From: Vulcanimicrobiota bacterium
GTDB taxonomy: Bacteria; Vulcanimicrobiota; Vulcanimicrobiia; Vulcanimicrobiales; Vulcanimicrobiaceae
Direction of reading: 5' to 3'
DNA length: 64,000 bases
Assembly (NCBI GenBank): GCA_963777315.1
Contig: CAVZQC010000002.1
Location: forward strand, 352,001-416,000
Made by a program: the position numbers and the translations under genes
The notes under the pieces: generated by a model
Told to the model about the DNA's origin: nothing
The model's database searches: none
What the model saw: the letters and a program-made list of their open reading frames with translations, nothing else
Part shown: positions 23,171 to 32,929 of the stretch, piece by piece
Numbering within the stretch: position 1 is the first letter of the stretch
How the letters are laid out: each line of letters starts with the position of its first letter

Positions 23171-23931
23171 GCGCGCCGCTGCTCGTCTCCGTCGGAACGA
23201 CTCATCCCTGGAACATCGCCGGAGTGGGATTGGACGCACGTGTCGCCTTGGGCTACGGCCTCGTGCATGCAATGGCCGTCGCAGCCGTGAGCGCGCAAGA
23301 CGAAACGGGATTGCAGGCCCTGCACGTCGTGCCGGCGGATGCGCTGGCAGCGCAACTGCGCGGCTTGCCCGCCGATCCCGCGGCATACCGCATCGGAGCG
23401 CTGGGTTCGAGCGAAAACGTGCGCATTGTGGCGGCGCACCTGCGCGATCGCGCGGCCAACGTTCCGGTGGTGGTGGATCCGGCGGCCGGCGCAACGCTCG
23501 GAGGGGCGCTTTGGGCCGACGGCGATGCGATGCCGGCGATCTGCAGCGAGCTGCTGCCGCTGGGAGTCATCGTTACGCCGAATCTGAGCGAAGCGCAGAT
23601 GTTGACCGGCATGCCGGTCGCCGACGTCGAGCAGATGCGCGCAGCGGGAAGCGCGTTGATCCGGCGTGGTGCGCGAGCGGCAATCGTGAAGGGAGGCCAC
23701 CTCGAAGGCGATCCGGTCGACGTGGTGTGCACCGCCGAAGGCTGCACGCCGTACGCAGGTGAACGCATCGGTGCGGCGATGCGGGGTTCGGGCTGCACGC
23801 TCGCGGCCGCTCTGGCCTGCGAGCTCGCGCTCGGACGGGATTTGGATTCGGCCGTGCGATCGGCGCGCGCCTACGTGCGCACGCGCATTGCATCCGGGAC
23901 GATGCGCGGCGGATTGCAGGTCGCATTTTGA
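23167..23931 (+). CDS. thiD: Hydroxymethylpyrimidine/phosphomethylpyrimidine kinase-like protein
   Basis: AG..LD, VVVDP, TPNLSEA, VKGGH, RGSGCTLAAALA; ATGA-coupled to thiE. Confidence 0.85.
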   Translation: MSAPLLVSVGTTHPWNIAGVGLDARVALGYGLVHAMAVAAVSAQDETGLQALHVVPADALAAQLRGLPADPAAYRIGALGSSENVRIVAAHLRDRAANVPVVVDPAAGATLGGALWADGDAMPAICSELLPLGVIVTPNLSEAQMLTGMPVADVEQMRAAGSALIRRGARAAIVKGGHLEGDPVDVVCTAEGCTPYAGERIGAAMRGSGCTLAAALACELALGRDLDSAVRSARAYVRTRIASGTMRGGLQVAF

Positions 23932-23956
23932 AACGCGTGCAATTCGGGCGCCTTCG

Positions 23957-24967
23957 ATGACGACGACTATCGCAGGAAAGCGCCCGCGCGTGATGTCCGG
24001 TATGCGTCCCACCGGGAGGCTGCACATCGGCCATTACTTCGGCGTGCTCACGCAGTGGACGCAGTATTGCCGCAACGCGGACGCATATTTCGAGATCGCG
24101 GATTTGCACGCGTACACCACCGAGTTCGGCAATCCGCAAGCGATTCGCGACGCGCGCAACGACATGGTGATCGATTGGCTCGCGGCGGGCGTCGATCCGA
24201 ACCAGTCGACGTTTTTTCTGCAGTCCGGCATTCCGGAAATCTCCGAGCTGCAGGTGCTGCTGGGAATGATTACGCCGCTTTCGTGGCTCGAGCGCGTGCC
24301 GACGTACAAAGGACAAATCGAGGCGCTCGGCCAGGACATCGCGACGTACGGCTTTTTGGGGTATCCGCTGCTGCAGCTGTGCGATATCGTGGCTTTTCGC
24401 GGCGAAGAAGTGCCCGTCGGACGCGATCAGGTCGCGCACTTGGAATTTGGACGCGAAGTCGTGCGGCGGTTCAACTATCTCTATGGAGATGGAGAGCAGA
24501 TTCTGATCGAGCCCAAGGCGATGCTGCTTGCGGACGCAGCCGAAGTTCCGGGCACCGACGGGCGCAAGATGAGCAAGTCGTACGGGAATTGCATTTTTCT
24601 GGGCGACGACGAGGCTGCAACGACCGACGGCGTGCGCCGCATGGTCACCGATCCGCTCAAGATTCGCCGGCACGATCCCGGGCGCCCGCAGGTGTGTTCG
24701 GTCTTCGCCCTATGGAAGCTCGTCAAGCCGCAGCACGTTCCTCTGGTCGACCGCGATTGCCGTTCGGGTGCGCTCGGCTGCGTTGCGGACAAAGGCGATC
24801 TCGCGCAAGCGCTCAACGCCTATTTGGCGCCGATCCGCGAGCGGCGCAAGCTGTACGCGAGCGACGTCGCGCAGGTGGAGCGTATCGTTCGGGACGGAAC
24901 CCAGCGCGCGCGCGCAGTAGCCATAGAAACGTTGGCCGGCGTCAAACGCGCGATGCGTCTGCAGTAA
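23957..24967 (+). CDS. trpS: Tryptophan--tRNA ligase
   Basis: SGMRPTGRLHIGH (HIGH), GYPLLQ..DI, VPVGRDQ, KMSKS. Confidence 0.96.
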   Translation: MTTTIAGKRPRVMSGMRPTGRLHIGHYFGVLTQWTQYCRNADAYFEIADLHAYTTEFGNPQAIRDARNDMVIDWLAAGVDPNQSTFFLQSGIPEISELQVLLGMITPLSWLERVPTYKGQIEALGQDIATYGFLGYPLLQLCDIVAFRGEEVPVGRDQVAHLEFGREVVRRFNYLYGDGEQILIEPKAMLLADAAEVPGTDGRKMSKSYGNCIFLGDDEAATTDGVRRMVTDPLKIRRHDPGRPQVCSVFALWKLVKPQHVPLVDRDCRSGALGCVADKGDLAQALNAYLAPIRERRKLYASDVAQVERIVRDGTQRARAVAIETLAGVKRAMRLQ

Positions 24968-25829
24968 CGCCTTCGCGCTGCGCGTCGATCGTGTAACCCG
25001 GATCCTTTGCCGAGACGCAGCCGGCGCGATAGACGGCAAAGCGTTCGGCCAAACCGCCCGCAAGAATCATCGCTCCGGCGATTTTCGACAGGGCAGCGCT
25101 GTTTTTCGAAAATATGGCTGCCGCCGTTCCCGCGATGTTGAGCGCGCGCGCCGCTTTGGACAGCACGGCAGCTTGGCCGGTTTCATAGGCCTGTTTTTGG
25201 CGCGCTCCAAGTTCTGCGTGCACCCGTTCGAGCGCGATTATCACGCCGATGCCGCCCAGCATCGTCAACCGCCGCGCAGCTCCCGCGCGCGAAGCCGGCG
25301 CGCACAGCATGCCGAAGGCGCCGGCGCTTGCAGCCGAGCTCGCGGCGAACAGCGCCGGCATGGAAAGCCGCGCGAAATGCCAGGCGGGCACGACGGTGTC
25401 GGCAATGAGCACCGACGTGTACACCGACATCGCCGGCCCAAAGAGCGCTCCGGCGCCTTCAAAGATTCGGCCAACCCGCGGAAGCAGGCCCGTCAGCTCG
25501 CTCGCAGTTGCAGCAAACACCGACGCACCGAAGGCGCTGAAGATGTACACGCCCACGCTCATCGGCGAGGTCGGCTTGAAGACGCGCAGCATGTTCAGGA
25601 ACCGCTCGGGGCGTTTGAGATCGGCGATCAGACACACGCCGCTCACTGCCGCGCCGCCCGCCGCGCCCAGCAGCATCACGCGCGCCAGCTCGTCGTTCTT
25701 TGCAAGCCGCTGCGAAAACGCGAGCGTCGCGGCCGTGCCGGCCATTCCGCCGGTGAAAAAGTAGGTCGGAATGAGATCGGTCCACTCGGGCGGCTTGATC
25801 ACCGGCCGTCCGTAATAGCCCTCTACCAT
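24942..25829 (-). CDS. nrfD: NrfD/PsrC-family membrane anchor of the formate dehydrogenase
   Basis: MVEGYYGRPVIKPPEW...YFFTGG, LIADLKRPERFLNMLRVFKPTSPMS, YTSVLIADT.VPAW. Confidence 0.85.
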   Translation of the reverse strand: MVEGYYGRPVIKPPEWTDLIPTYFFTGGMAGTAATLAFSQRLAKNDELARVMLLGAAGGAAVSGVCLIADLKRPERFLNMLRVFKPTSPMSVGVYIFSAFGASVFAATASELTGLLPRVGRIFEGAGALFGPAMSVYTSVLIADTVVPAWHFARLSMPALFAASSAASAGAFGMLCAPASRAGAARRLTMLGGIGVIIALERVHAELGARQKQAYETGQAAVLSKAARALNIAGTAAAIFSKNSAALSKIAGAMILAGGLAERFAVYRAGCVSAKDPGYTIDAQREGVTADASRV

Positions 25830-26684
25830 TTTCGCGCCGCTGCGCAAAGCGCGACCGTCCCTGCGAGCATCAGCATGGCCGCGCCGGCCGCTTTCCACAT
25901 TTGCGCCAGGTGCAGCGTCGGAACGATCGGATTGGGCGGCAAGCCGTACACTTCGGGTTTGTCGAGCAGCAGCCACATCGAACCGCCCCCGCCGATGCCG
26001 TCGTTCGGATCCGTCAGAGTAGAGCTGCGCGCCGTCAAAGCGCTGCTGCACGCTCTCCAGGCGGCGCTGCGCGCGATCGCGCAGTTCGTCGACGGCGCCG
26101 AACTGAATCGAATCGGTCGGACACGCTTTCGCGCACGCCGGTTCCTCGCCGGCTTTGAGCCGGTCGTAGCACAGCGTGCATTTGCCCATGGTGCCGTGCT
26201 GCGGCTGTTCGCTGATCACGCCGAACGGACACGCGACCACGCAGTAGCCGCAGCCGTTGCAGACGTCTTCCTGGATGACGACCGTGCCGTACTCGGTGCG
26301 CACGATCGCGCCCGTGGGACACACGTCCAAACAGCCGGCGTGCGTGCAGTGCTTGCACACGTCGGATTCCATCAGCCAGCGGCCGCTGCCGCTGGCCTGC
26401 GGTTTGGCTTGCGCAGTTTCGAACTGCTCGACGAACGCGACGTGACGCCACGTGTTGCCGCTCAGCTCGCCGGTGTTGTCGTACGACATTCCGGTGAACT
26501 CGTAGCCGTCTTGCGGCAGCTCGTTCCACTCCTTGCACGCGACCTCGCACGCCTTGCAGCCGATGCACAGCGTCGTGTCGGTAAAGAAGCCCATGCGGTC
26601 GCGCTGATCTTCGCCGTACGTTTCGGCTTGGCTTTGCGCCGACGTCAGTGAAGCCAATGCCGTGAGATCGATGAAGCTGCTCAT
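25823..26684 (-). CDS. fdnH: Formate dehydrogenase iron-sulfur subunit FdnH (apparent 1-nt insertion near 26018)
   Basis: Four Cys clusters (CIGCKACEVAC, CKHC..AGC.DVCP, CNGCGYCVVACP, KCTLC...C.KACP). The natural C-terminus DKPEVYGLPPNP plus TM tail is in another frame ending at 25823. Confidence 0.88.
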
Positions 26685-29600
26685 GTCGAGAGATGCGCCC
26701 GCGTGCGAACGTCCTCCAAAAACCGGTGGAGCGCGCGTCCGCGCGGGCGCCGGCCGGGACGGATGTCGCACGTGAGTCCTTTCGTTTCCTGAATGTGCAC
26801 GTTCGGATCCAACGCGATGTGCAGCAAATCATTGGCCGAGTCGCCGGTCACGATTCCGCGCGCCCCCCAGTGATACGGCAGTCCGACCGAGTGAAGAAGG
26901 CCGCTTTGGCTTGCCGCGCCGGCGTTCGCATGCACGGGCTGCACGCGCCGCGTCACCATGACGCGCGCTTCGACGACGGCGCGCACGTTGTAGATGGTCG
27001 CCCAGCCGCCGTGGCGCAATCCGCGCAGTTGCGCGAGCTCCGGACTGACTTCGCAGAACAGTTCGGGCTGCAGCTCGCATAGATGGGGAACCGTGCGCGA
27101 CATTCCGCCGGCGGTGTGATGCTCGGTCAAGCGATAGGTGTACAGCACGAACGGAAACAGCCCGCCGTGCTCGCTGCTGGGTGAAGGATTGTACCGGTTG
27201 AACCGGCGTGGAAACTGCTGGCGCGCGGGATTAGCCTGCACGCCGTACAGCGGATTGCGCACCGGCGATTCGTGCGGTTCGAAATACGTGGGCAGCGGTC
27301 CGTCGACGATGCCGTTGGGAACGAAGATCCACCCTAAACCGTCGTCCTGCATGATGAACGGATGCCAGCCGGCGATTGCGTCTTCGCGCTGCGCGCGCTT
27401 GCCGGGCGTGTAGTCGGGGCGTTTGTTCTTCTCGAAGTCGGGCGTGTCGTATCCGGTCCACTGGGCTTTTTGCTCGTCCCACCACACGTAGGCTTTGCGC
27501 TCGCTCCAGGGTTTGCCGTCCGGGTCGGCGGACGCGCGATTATAGATGATGCGCCGGTTGGCCGGCCACGACCAACCCCACTCCGGAGCGACCCAGGTTT
27601 GCTGCGTGTGCGGTTTGCGGCGCGCCGTTTGGTTCTGCTCGTTTTCGTAGCAGCCGCAGTAGATCCAGCATCCGCAAGCGGTGCTGCCGTCGGCTTTGAG
27701 TTCGGTGTACGATGACGCGGCTTTGCCCGTGCCGTCCCAGCCGTTGATCTCGCGCAGCACCATGTGCGCGTCGGGTTCTTCGATTGCGCCTTTGAGCGGA
27801 TAGTTCCACGTCAGCTTTCGGATCGGCTCGGAGAAAGGTTCGTCGGCCAGCTCGACCTTCTCGCGGATGCGTCTGCCCAGGTGATAGTAAAACCAGAGTT
27901 CCGAGCGCGCGTCGTCCTGCGGTTCGACGGCTTTGTGATGCCACTGCAGCAGCCGCTGCGTATTGGTGAAGGAGCCGTCTTTCTCGGTGTGCGCCGCGGC
28001 GGGCATCCAAAATACTTCGGTTTTGATCGCTTCGGTCCGTAATTCGCCAGATTCGATTTCGGGACAGTCGTGCCAAAACGCCGCGCTCTCGATTTCGCTG
28101 AAATCCCGAACGACCAGCCAGTCCAGATTGGCCAAACCGCGCCGGTGCAGGCCCGCGTTCGCGCTGCCGACCGCCGGATTTTCGCCGATGCAGAAAAAGC
28201 CTTTCACCTTGCCGTCGACCATGCCCATGAAGCTGCGGTACGTCGAATGGTCGCCGCTGATCCTGGGCAGCAGATCGAAGCAATAGTCGTTGTCGTGGTT
28301 CGCATGCTCGCCGAACCACGCCTTGAGCAGACTGACTATGTATTTGTCCAGATTGCCCCAATATCCGGTCTTTGCGCCTTCGGACTGGATGAAGTGCTCG
28401 AGATCGTTATGCGCTTTTGCGTGCGGCATCGGTATGTAGCCGGGCAGGATGTTGAACAGCGTAGGGATGTCGGTGGAGCCTTGAATGGATGCGTGGCCGC
28501 GCAGCGCCATGATTCCGCCGCCGGGGCGCCCGATATTCCCCAGCAGCAGCTGAATGATCGCCGCGGTGCGGATCATCTGCACGCCGAACGTGTGCTGGGT
28601 CCACGCCACCGAGTACGCCATCGCCGACGTGCGCTCGCGGCCGCTGTTGCTGCACAGCGCTTGGGCGACCTGCGCGAGCTGCTCGGGCGTTACGCCGCAG
28701 ATCTGCCGGACCATGTCGGGCGTGTAGCGCGAGAAGTGCCGCTTGAGCACCTGATACACGCACCTCGGATCCTGCAGCGTCTTATCCATGCACGGCGGTT
28801 CGCCGCCCTTGAGCGCGTCCTCGCGCTGGGTGAACGCTTTTGCGCCCCCCAGCGACGACTCGTCTTCACGCTGGCCGGCCGAACCATGCAGATCCATGCC
28901 CTTGTACTGCCAGCTTTCGAACGTGTAGCCGTGCTGGTCCTCATGCCAGCCCGAAAAGAAACCGTCGAGGTCCTCGGTGTCTTGAAAATCGTCTTTGAGG
29001 ATGACCGGCGCGTTGGTGTAGTTGACGACGTACTCCTTGAACGCGCGATCGTTTTCCAAAATGTACCGCACGATGCCGCCCAGGAACGCGATATCGGTGC
29101 CGGGACGGATCGGTACGTGCAGATCGGCCATCGCGCTCGTGCGCGTGAAACGTGGATCGACGTGGATGACGGTAGCGCCGCGCTCGCGCGCTTCCATCAC
29201 CCACTGAAAGCCGACGGGATGGTTTTCGGCCATGTTGGAGCCCATGATCAGGATGCAGTCGGAGTTTTGCAGATCCTGCTGAAACGTCGTTGCTCCGCCG
29301 CGGCCGAAAGAGGTTCCCAAACTGGGAACCGTCGAGCTATGTCATATTCGGGCTTGATTCTCTACCTGCACGATGCCAAGCGCAGTGTAGAGTTTTTTGA
29401 TGACGTAGTTCTCTTCGTTGTCGAGCGTAGCGCCGCCCAAGTGCGCGATGCCCTCGCACCGGTTGAGCCGCTTGCCTTCTTCGTCGCATTCCTTCCACGT
29501 TTCTCGACGCGTCTTGAGAACGCGATCGGCGATCATGTCCATCGCGCGATCGAGGGAAAGCTCTTCCCATTGCGTGCCGTACGGCTTTCGGTATTTGACT

Positions 29601-29899
29601 TTGTACTCGCGCAGCGGGCTTTGAATCAGCGTGCGCGTCGCCGCGCCTTTGGGGCACAGGCGTCCGCGCGAAATCGGGCTGTCGGGATCGCCCTCGACCT
29701 GTACCAAGTTGCCGTCCTTGACGTACAGGTTCTGCCCGCATCCCACCGCGCAGAACGGACAGACGGACTTGACGACCGTCGCCTGCTGGGTACGCGCCGT
29801 CCAAGCCCTGGTCTTGTCCGATTGCGCGGCGGCTCCGAACGCGAGCGGATCGCCGTCGAGCTGGCGCATAACGGGCCATACCGGCCGATGGTCGTTCAT
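26681..29899 (-). CDS. fdnG: Formate dehydrogenase alpha subunit, selenocysteine-containing (TGA at 29342-29344)
   Basis: Track ORFs 29342..29920 and 26681..29320 are in frame: CPFCAVGC...LCPKG, then VENQARI-U-HSSTVPSLG, matching the FdnG catalytic Sec motif; ALRGH..IQG, TEHHTAG. Alternative GTG start at 29920. Confidence 0.92.
29312..29330 (-). promoter_or_regulatory. Bacterial SECIS element
   Basis: mRNA GGUUCCCA-GUU-UGGGAACC forms a perfect 8-bp stem starting 11 nt after the UGA. Confidence 0.85.
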
Positions 29900-29985
29900 A
29901 CGACGTACGTTCCAATTCACCGCGCGCTCTAAACCGCACGCCCGCGCGCTGCACGCGCGGCGATCGATCCGTCGATAACGAGCGT

Positions 29986-30256
29986 ATGGCCGTCAGCATG
30001 GTGCCGTCGCGTTCGAGGTGGGGAGCGTGCGACGCCCCGGCGGCTGGTGCGCATCGTGCCGCCGTACCGGCCGGCAATTGCGCTTATGGTCGCCGCGATG
30101 CCGCAACTGCGCGTTTTCGTGCCGGACGTCGTACGGCAAACGCTGTTCTTGGATGACCGCGGCGCGCCGATCGATCTGGGCGTGCCCACGCAGCTCGCGA
30201 TGTTCACGAACTCCGTCGCCGTGCCAGAGACAGCGGTGTGCGCGTTAATTCGCTAA
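29986..30256 (+). CDS. Small hypothetical protein (possibly frameshifted in the G-run near 30020)
   Basis: ATG 29986 joins the 30047..30256 frame if one G is removed; no recognisable domain. Confidence 0.3.
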
Positions 30257-30277
30257 CGGCAATCAACGTTCAGTCAA
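30241..30277 (+). promoter_or_regulatory. 37-bp element upstream of the chaperone-usher operon (copy 1)
   Basis: CGCGTTAATTCGCTAACGGCAATCAACGTTCAGTCAA; 33/37 identical to 44509-44545. Confidence 0.7.
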
Positions 30278-30417
30278 TTTTTCCGTGACAAAACGTCGCC
30301 GGATGCTACCAGCGACGTCGATGTGATACTTATGAAAGACGCCGCGGCGGTTGTAAGCCGGGCCGCTCGCGCGTTTGAAACGGCGGGCACAACTACGACT
30401 CTTTGGAGATGACTTCA

Positions 30418-30966
30418 ATGATCAAAAGTTTCGGTACACTTGCAGCGGCATTCGGGATGGCGTCGCTGGCACTTGCGATGGCGCCGGCACTTGCCGGGCA
30501 GAATACCGCAACCCTAACGGTGAACGGCAGCGTTACCCAATCCTGCACCGCGTTCACGCCCACGTCGAATACCTTGACGTTCCCCGCATACGATTCGTTC
30601 GCCAATGCCACTGTGCCGGATGACGCCGGGCCAGTTTCGTACACGACGAAATGCACCAAGGGTGCATCGGGCGTCAATTTCCAAGTTGACGGCGGAGCGA
30701 ATTACGCCCACACGTCCGGCACGCGAGCGATGAAAAGCACCACGGCCGGTGACTATCTCAACTACAGCTTGTACTCCGACGCCGGCCGCACGACGGCTTG
30801 GGCGTTCAATTCAAGCACCGGTGCGGGTACCCCGGCTCCGAATCTGACGATAGGCAGCTCGGGCACGTCTCAGACGCTGACGGTTTACGGCCGCGTTGCC
30901 GCCGGTCAGGATCCTACGACGGCAAGCGATTATTCCGACACAGTAACGGTTGCAGTCAATTACTAG
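30418..30966 (+). CDS. Csu-type (spore coat U domain) pilus subunit 1, likely major pilin
   Basis: Signal peptide, ATLTVNGSVTQSC, CTKG, LNYSLYSD, VYGRV..GQ...YSDTVTVAVNY; GGAG RBS. Confidence 0.88.
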   Translation: MIKSFGTLAAAFGMASLALAMAPALAGQNTATLTVNGSVTQSCTAFTPTSNTLTFPAYDSFANATVPDDAGPVSYTTKCTKGASGVNFQVDGGANYAHTSGTRAMKSTTAGDYLNYSLYSDAGRTTAWAFNSSTGAGTPAPNLTIGSSGTSQTLTVYGRVAAGQDPTTASDYSDTVTVAVNY

Positions 30967-30979
30967 AATCGAGTACGAG

Positions 30980-31525
30980 ATGATAAGGCATCTTCGCGTG
31001 CTAGCCGTAGTGGGGGCCCTCGCGCTGAGCGCGGGCCCTGCTGGGGCAACCGGCACCCAAACCGCGAGCGTCAGCATTACCGCCAGTATCACGCAGACGT
31101 GCACGGCGCTCACTCCCGTGAGCGGTACGATGACTTTTCCCGGTTACGATCCGTTCACGAACAAAACGGCGGCGGACGACGATTCCACGCCCGTGACGTT
31201 CACAACGAATTGCACGAAAGGTTCGACCGGAGTGTATTACACTGTAAGCGGCGGCAACAATTGTGCGAATTCGCCGGTGAACGGCACGCGTGCATTGAAA
31301 AGCGGCAGCAACTACGTTGCATATCAGCTCTACCAAGATTCAGCATATACCGCGCCCTGGGCCATCAATGCCGGTTGCACAGGCACGACGCAGCTTTCGG
31401 CCGGGACCATAACCAGCAGCTCGCAAAATCTCACGTTCAGCCTGTACGGCCAGATTCCAGCCGGTCAGGACCCGGTAGCCGCAAGCAACTATAGCGACAC
31501 GGTTACCGTCGCAGTGAATTTTTAG
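30980..31525 (+). CDS. Csu-type pilus subunit 2
   Basis: Signal peptide, ASVSITASITQTC, CTKG, YQLYQD, LYGQIPAGQ...YSDTVTVAVNF. Confidence 0.88.
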   Translation: MIRHLRVLAVVGALALSAGPAGATGTQTASVSITASITQTCTALTPVSGTMTFPGYDPFTNKTAADDDSTPVTFTTNCTKGSTGVYYTVSGGNNCANSPVNGTRALKSGSNYVAYQLYQDSAYTAPWAINAGCTGTTQLSAGTITSSSQNLTFSLYGQIPAGQDPVAASNYSDTVTVAVNF

Positions 31526-31531
31526 AGCGCT

Positions 31532-32086
31532 ATGAGAACCAGCGGCAAGATCGCGCTATTGGCCGCAGTGGTGGCGGCCGGACAGACGTGGACCGCGGCG
31601 TTGGCCGGCACGGGCCAGCAAGTCTCCGTCACCGGCGACGTTACGGGGGGGTGCAACACGCTGACACTTTCTCCCGCCAACGGCACGCTGGCGCTGGGCT
31701 CCTACGATCCGTTTGGTGCAACGGACGTTACGGGCGGTCCGGTAACCCTCAGCATCAACTGCACGAAGGGCGACCCGAACTTCAATGTCGCCGTCAACGG
31801 CGGCGCAAATTTCACGCACGCGGTTCCGTCGGGCGATCGCGCCATGAAGGACAGCAACAACACCTTTTTGACCTACCAGTTGTATCAAACGACCGGTACG
31901 GCCTCGCCTTGGGCGTTTAGCGCGTCGACGGGCACGGGTACGGCGGTCAGCCAGACGGCGAACGGCCTGAATACGGCCAGTTCCTTTTCGCTGTACGGGG
32001 TAATCCCGCACGGCCAAACCGGTGCGGGCGGCCCCGGGGCGTCGGCTTCTTTTTCCGATACCGTTACGGTAACGGTGAACTTTTGA
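31532..32086 (+). CDS. Csu-type pilus subunit 3
   Basis: Signal peptide, VSVTGDVTGGC, CTKG, LTYQLYQ, LYGVIPHGQ...FSDTVTVTVNF. Confidence 0.88.
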   Translation: MRTSGKIALLAAVVAAGQTWTAALAGTGQQVSVTGDVTGGCNTLTLSPANGTLALGSYDPFGATDVTGGPVTLSINCTKGDPNFNVAVNGGANFTHAVPSGDRAMKDSNNTFLTYQLYQTTGTASPWAFSASTGTGTAVSQTANGLNTASSFSLYGVIPHGQTGAGGPGASASFSDTVTVTVNF

Positions 32087-32604
32087 TGAAGGCGATATTC
32101 CTCATTGCGGGCATGTCGGTGATTGCAGCCGCACCCGCGCTGGCCATGACGGCGCCCGCGGCGCACGCGAAACGAACCTCGACGCTGACGATCAAAGGTT
32201 CGGTGTCCACCGCGTGCTCGCTCACGACATCCTCGTTCACGTTCACTATCGGCATCGGTTACATCCACGCGCCCGGCAACGCCATCCTCAAGCAGAACAT
32301 GCTTGCGGTCAGATGTACCAAAGGTGCGTCGACAAAAATCGCGATGAACACGGGCCTGTACGGCAGCGCAGCCGGCGTGAAATTCGGGAGCAGATCGATG
32401 AAGGATTCCAGCGGGGATGTCATGGGCTACGAGCTGTGCCACGACAACGCGTGCTCCGCCATTTGGACGCCGCAAGGATATAATTACGTGTCGCCAGGCG
32501 ATCGCGGTTCCGCGCTGCCCGTTTGGACGCGCATCCTAACGGGGCAGCCGCATGTAAACCAGGGCTCGTACAGCGATTCCGTGACGGTCACGATTAACTT
32601 CTAA
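32086..32604 (+). CDS. Csu-type pilus subunit 4
   Basis: Signal peptide, LTIKGSVSTAC, CTKG, RSMK...MGYEL, GSYSDSVTVTINF. Confidence 0.85.
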   Translation: MKAIFLIAGMSVIAAAPALAMTAPAAHAKRTSTLTIKGSVSTACSLTTSSFTFTIGIGYIHAPGNAILKQNMLAVRCTKGASTKIAMNTGLYGSAAGVKFGSRSMKDSSGDVMGYELCHDNACSAIWTPQGYNYVSPGDRGSALPVWTRILTGQPHVNQGSYSDSVTVTINF

Positions 32605-32612
32605 AGGCAGTG

Positions 32613-32921
32613 ATGAAACTATCGATTTGTCTCGCCCTAGCCCTGCCGGCGGTTTCCATAACGGCCGGCCCGGCGCCCGCAAAAACGGCTGCCGCCACAA
32701 TTGCGGAAAGCGCGCACGTCGTACCGGGAAACAGCGTGAGCGCATATATCGTAGGCGGCGAACTGATCACCGACGTGCGCAATGATGCGCTGCAATCGCC
32801 GCAGGCGGCGTACGATGAGCCCCCGTTCGTGCGCGTCAGCTTTGAAATGCAACCTTCCTGGCGTCTCGTCAAACGCGTTAGCTGGAATAAAAGTCAGCGC
32901 CGGCTCACCATCGATTTTTGA
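32613..32921 (+). CDS. Small secreted hypothetical protein inside the pilus operon
   Basis: Signal peptide, about 102 aa, ends RLTIDF; tightly packed between subunit 4 and the chaperone. Confidence 0.6.
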   Translation: MKLSICLALALPAVSITAGPAPAKTAAATIAESAHVVPGNSVSAYIVGGELITDVRNDALQSPQAAYDEPPFVRVSFEMQPSWRLVKRVSWNKSQRRLTIDF

Positions 32922-32929
32922 GGTTCAAC

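Noticed and set aside
24942..26771. 609-aa FdnH-NrfD fusion
   Set aside because: Produced by a 1-nt insertion near 26018; the natural FdnH C-terminus is in another frame and nrfD has its own ATG.
29342..29344. Nonsense mutation / pseudogene call for fdnG
   Set aside because: The TGA sits at the catalytic Sec position and is followed by a SECIS hairpin.
30285..30400. Possible c-di-GMP riboswitch in the pilin leader (hairpins, AGCCGGGCCGC)
   Set aside because: Core GEMM elements (GGCAAACC, GNRA loop, GACGCAAAGC) are absent; the hairpins alone are not diagnostic. An Rfam scan would settle it.
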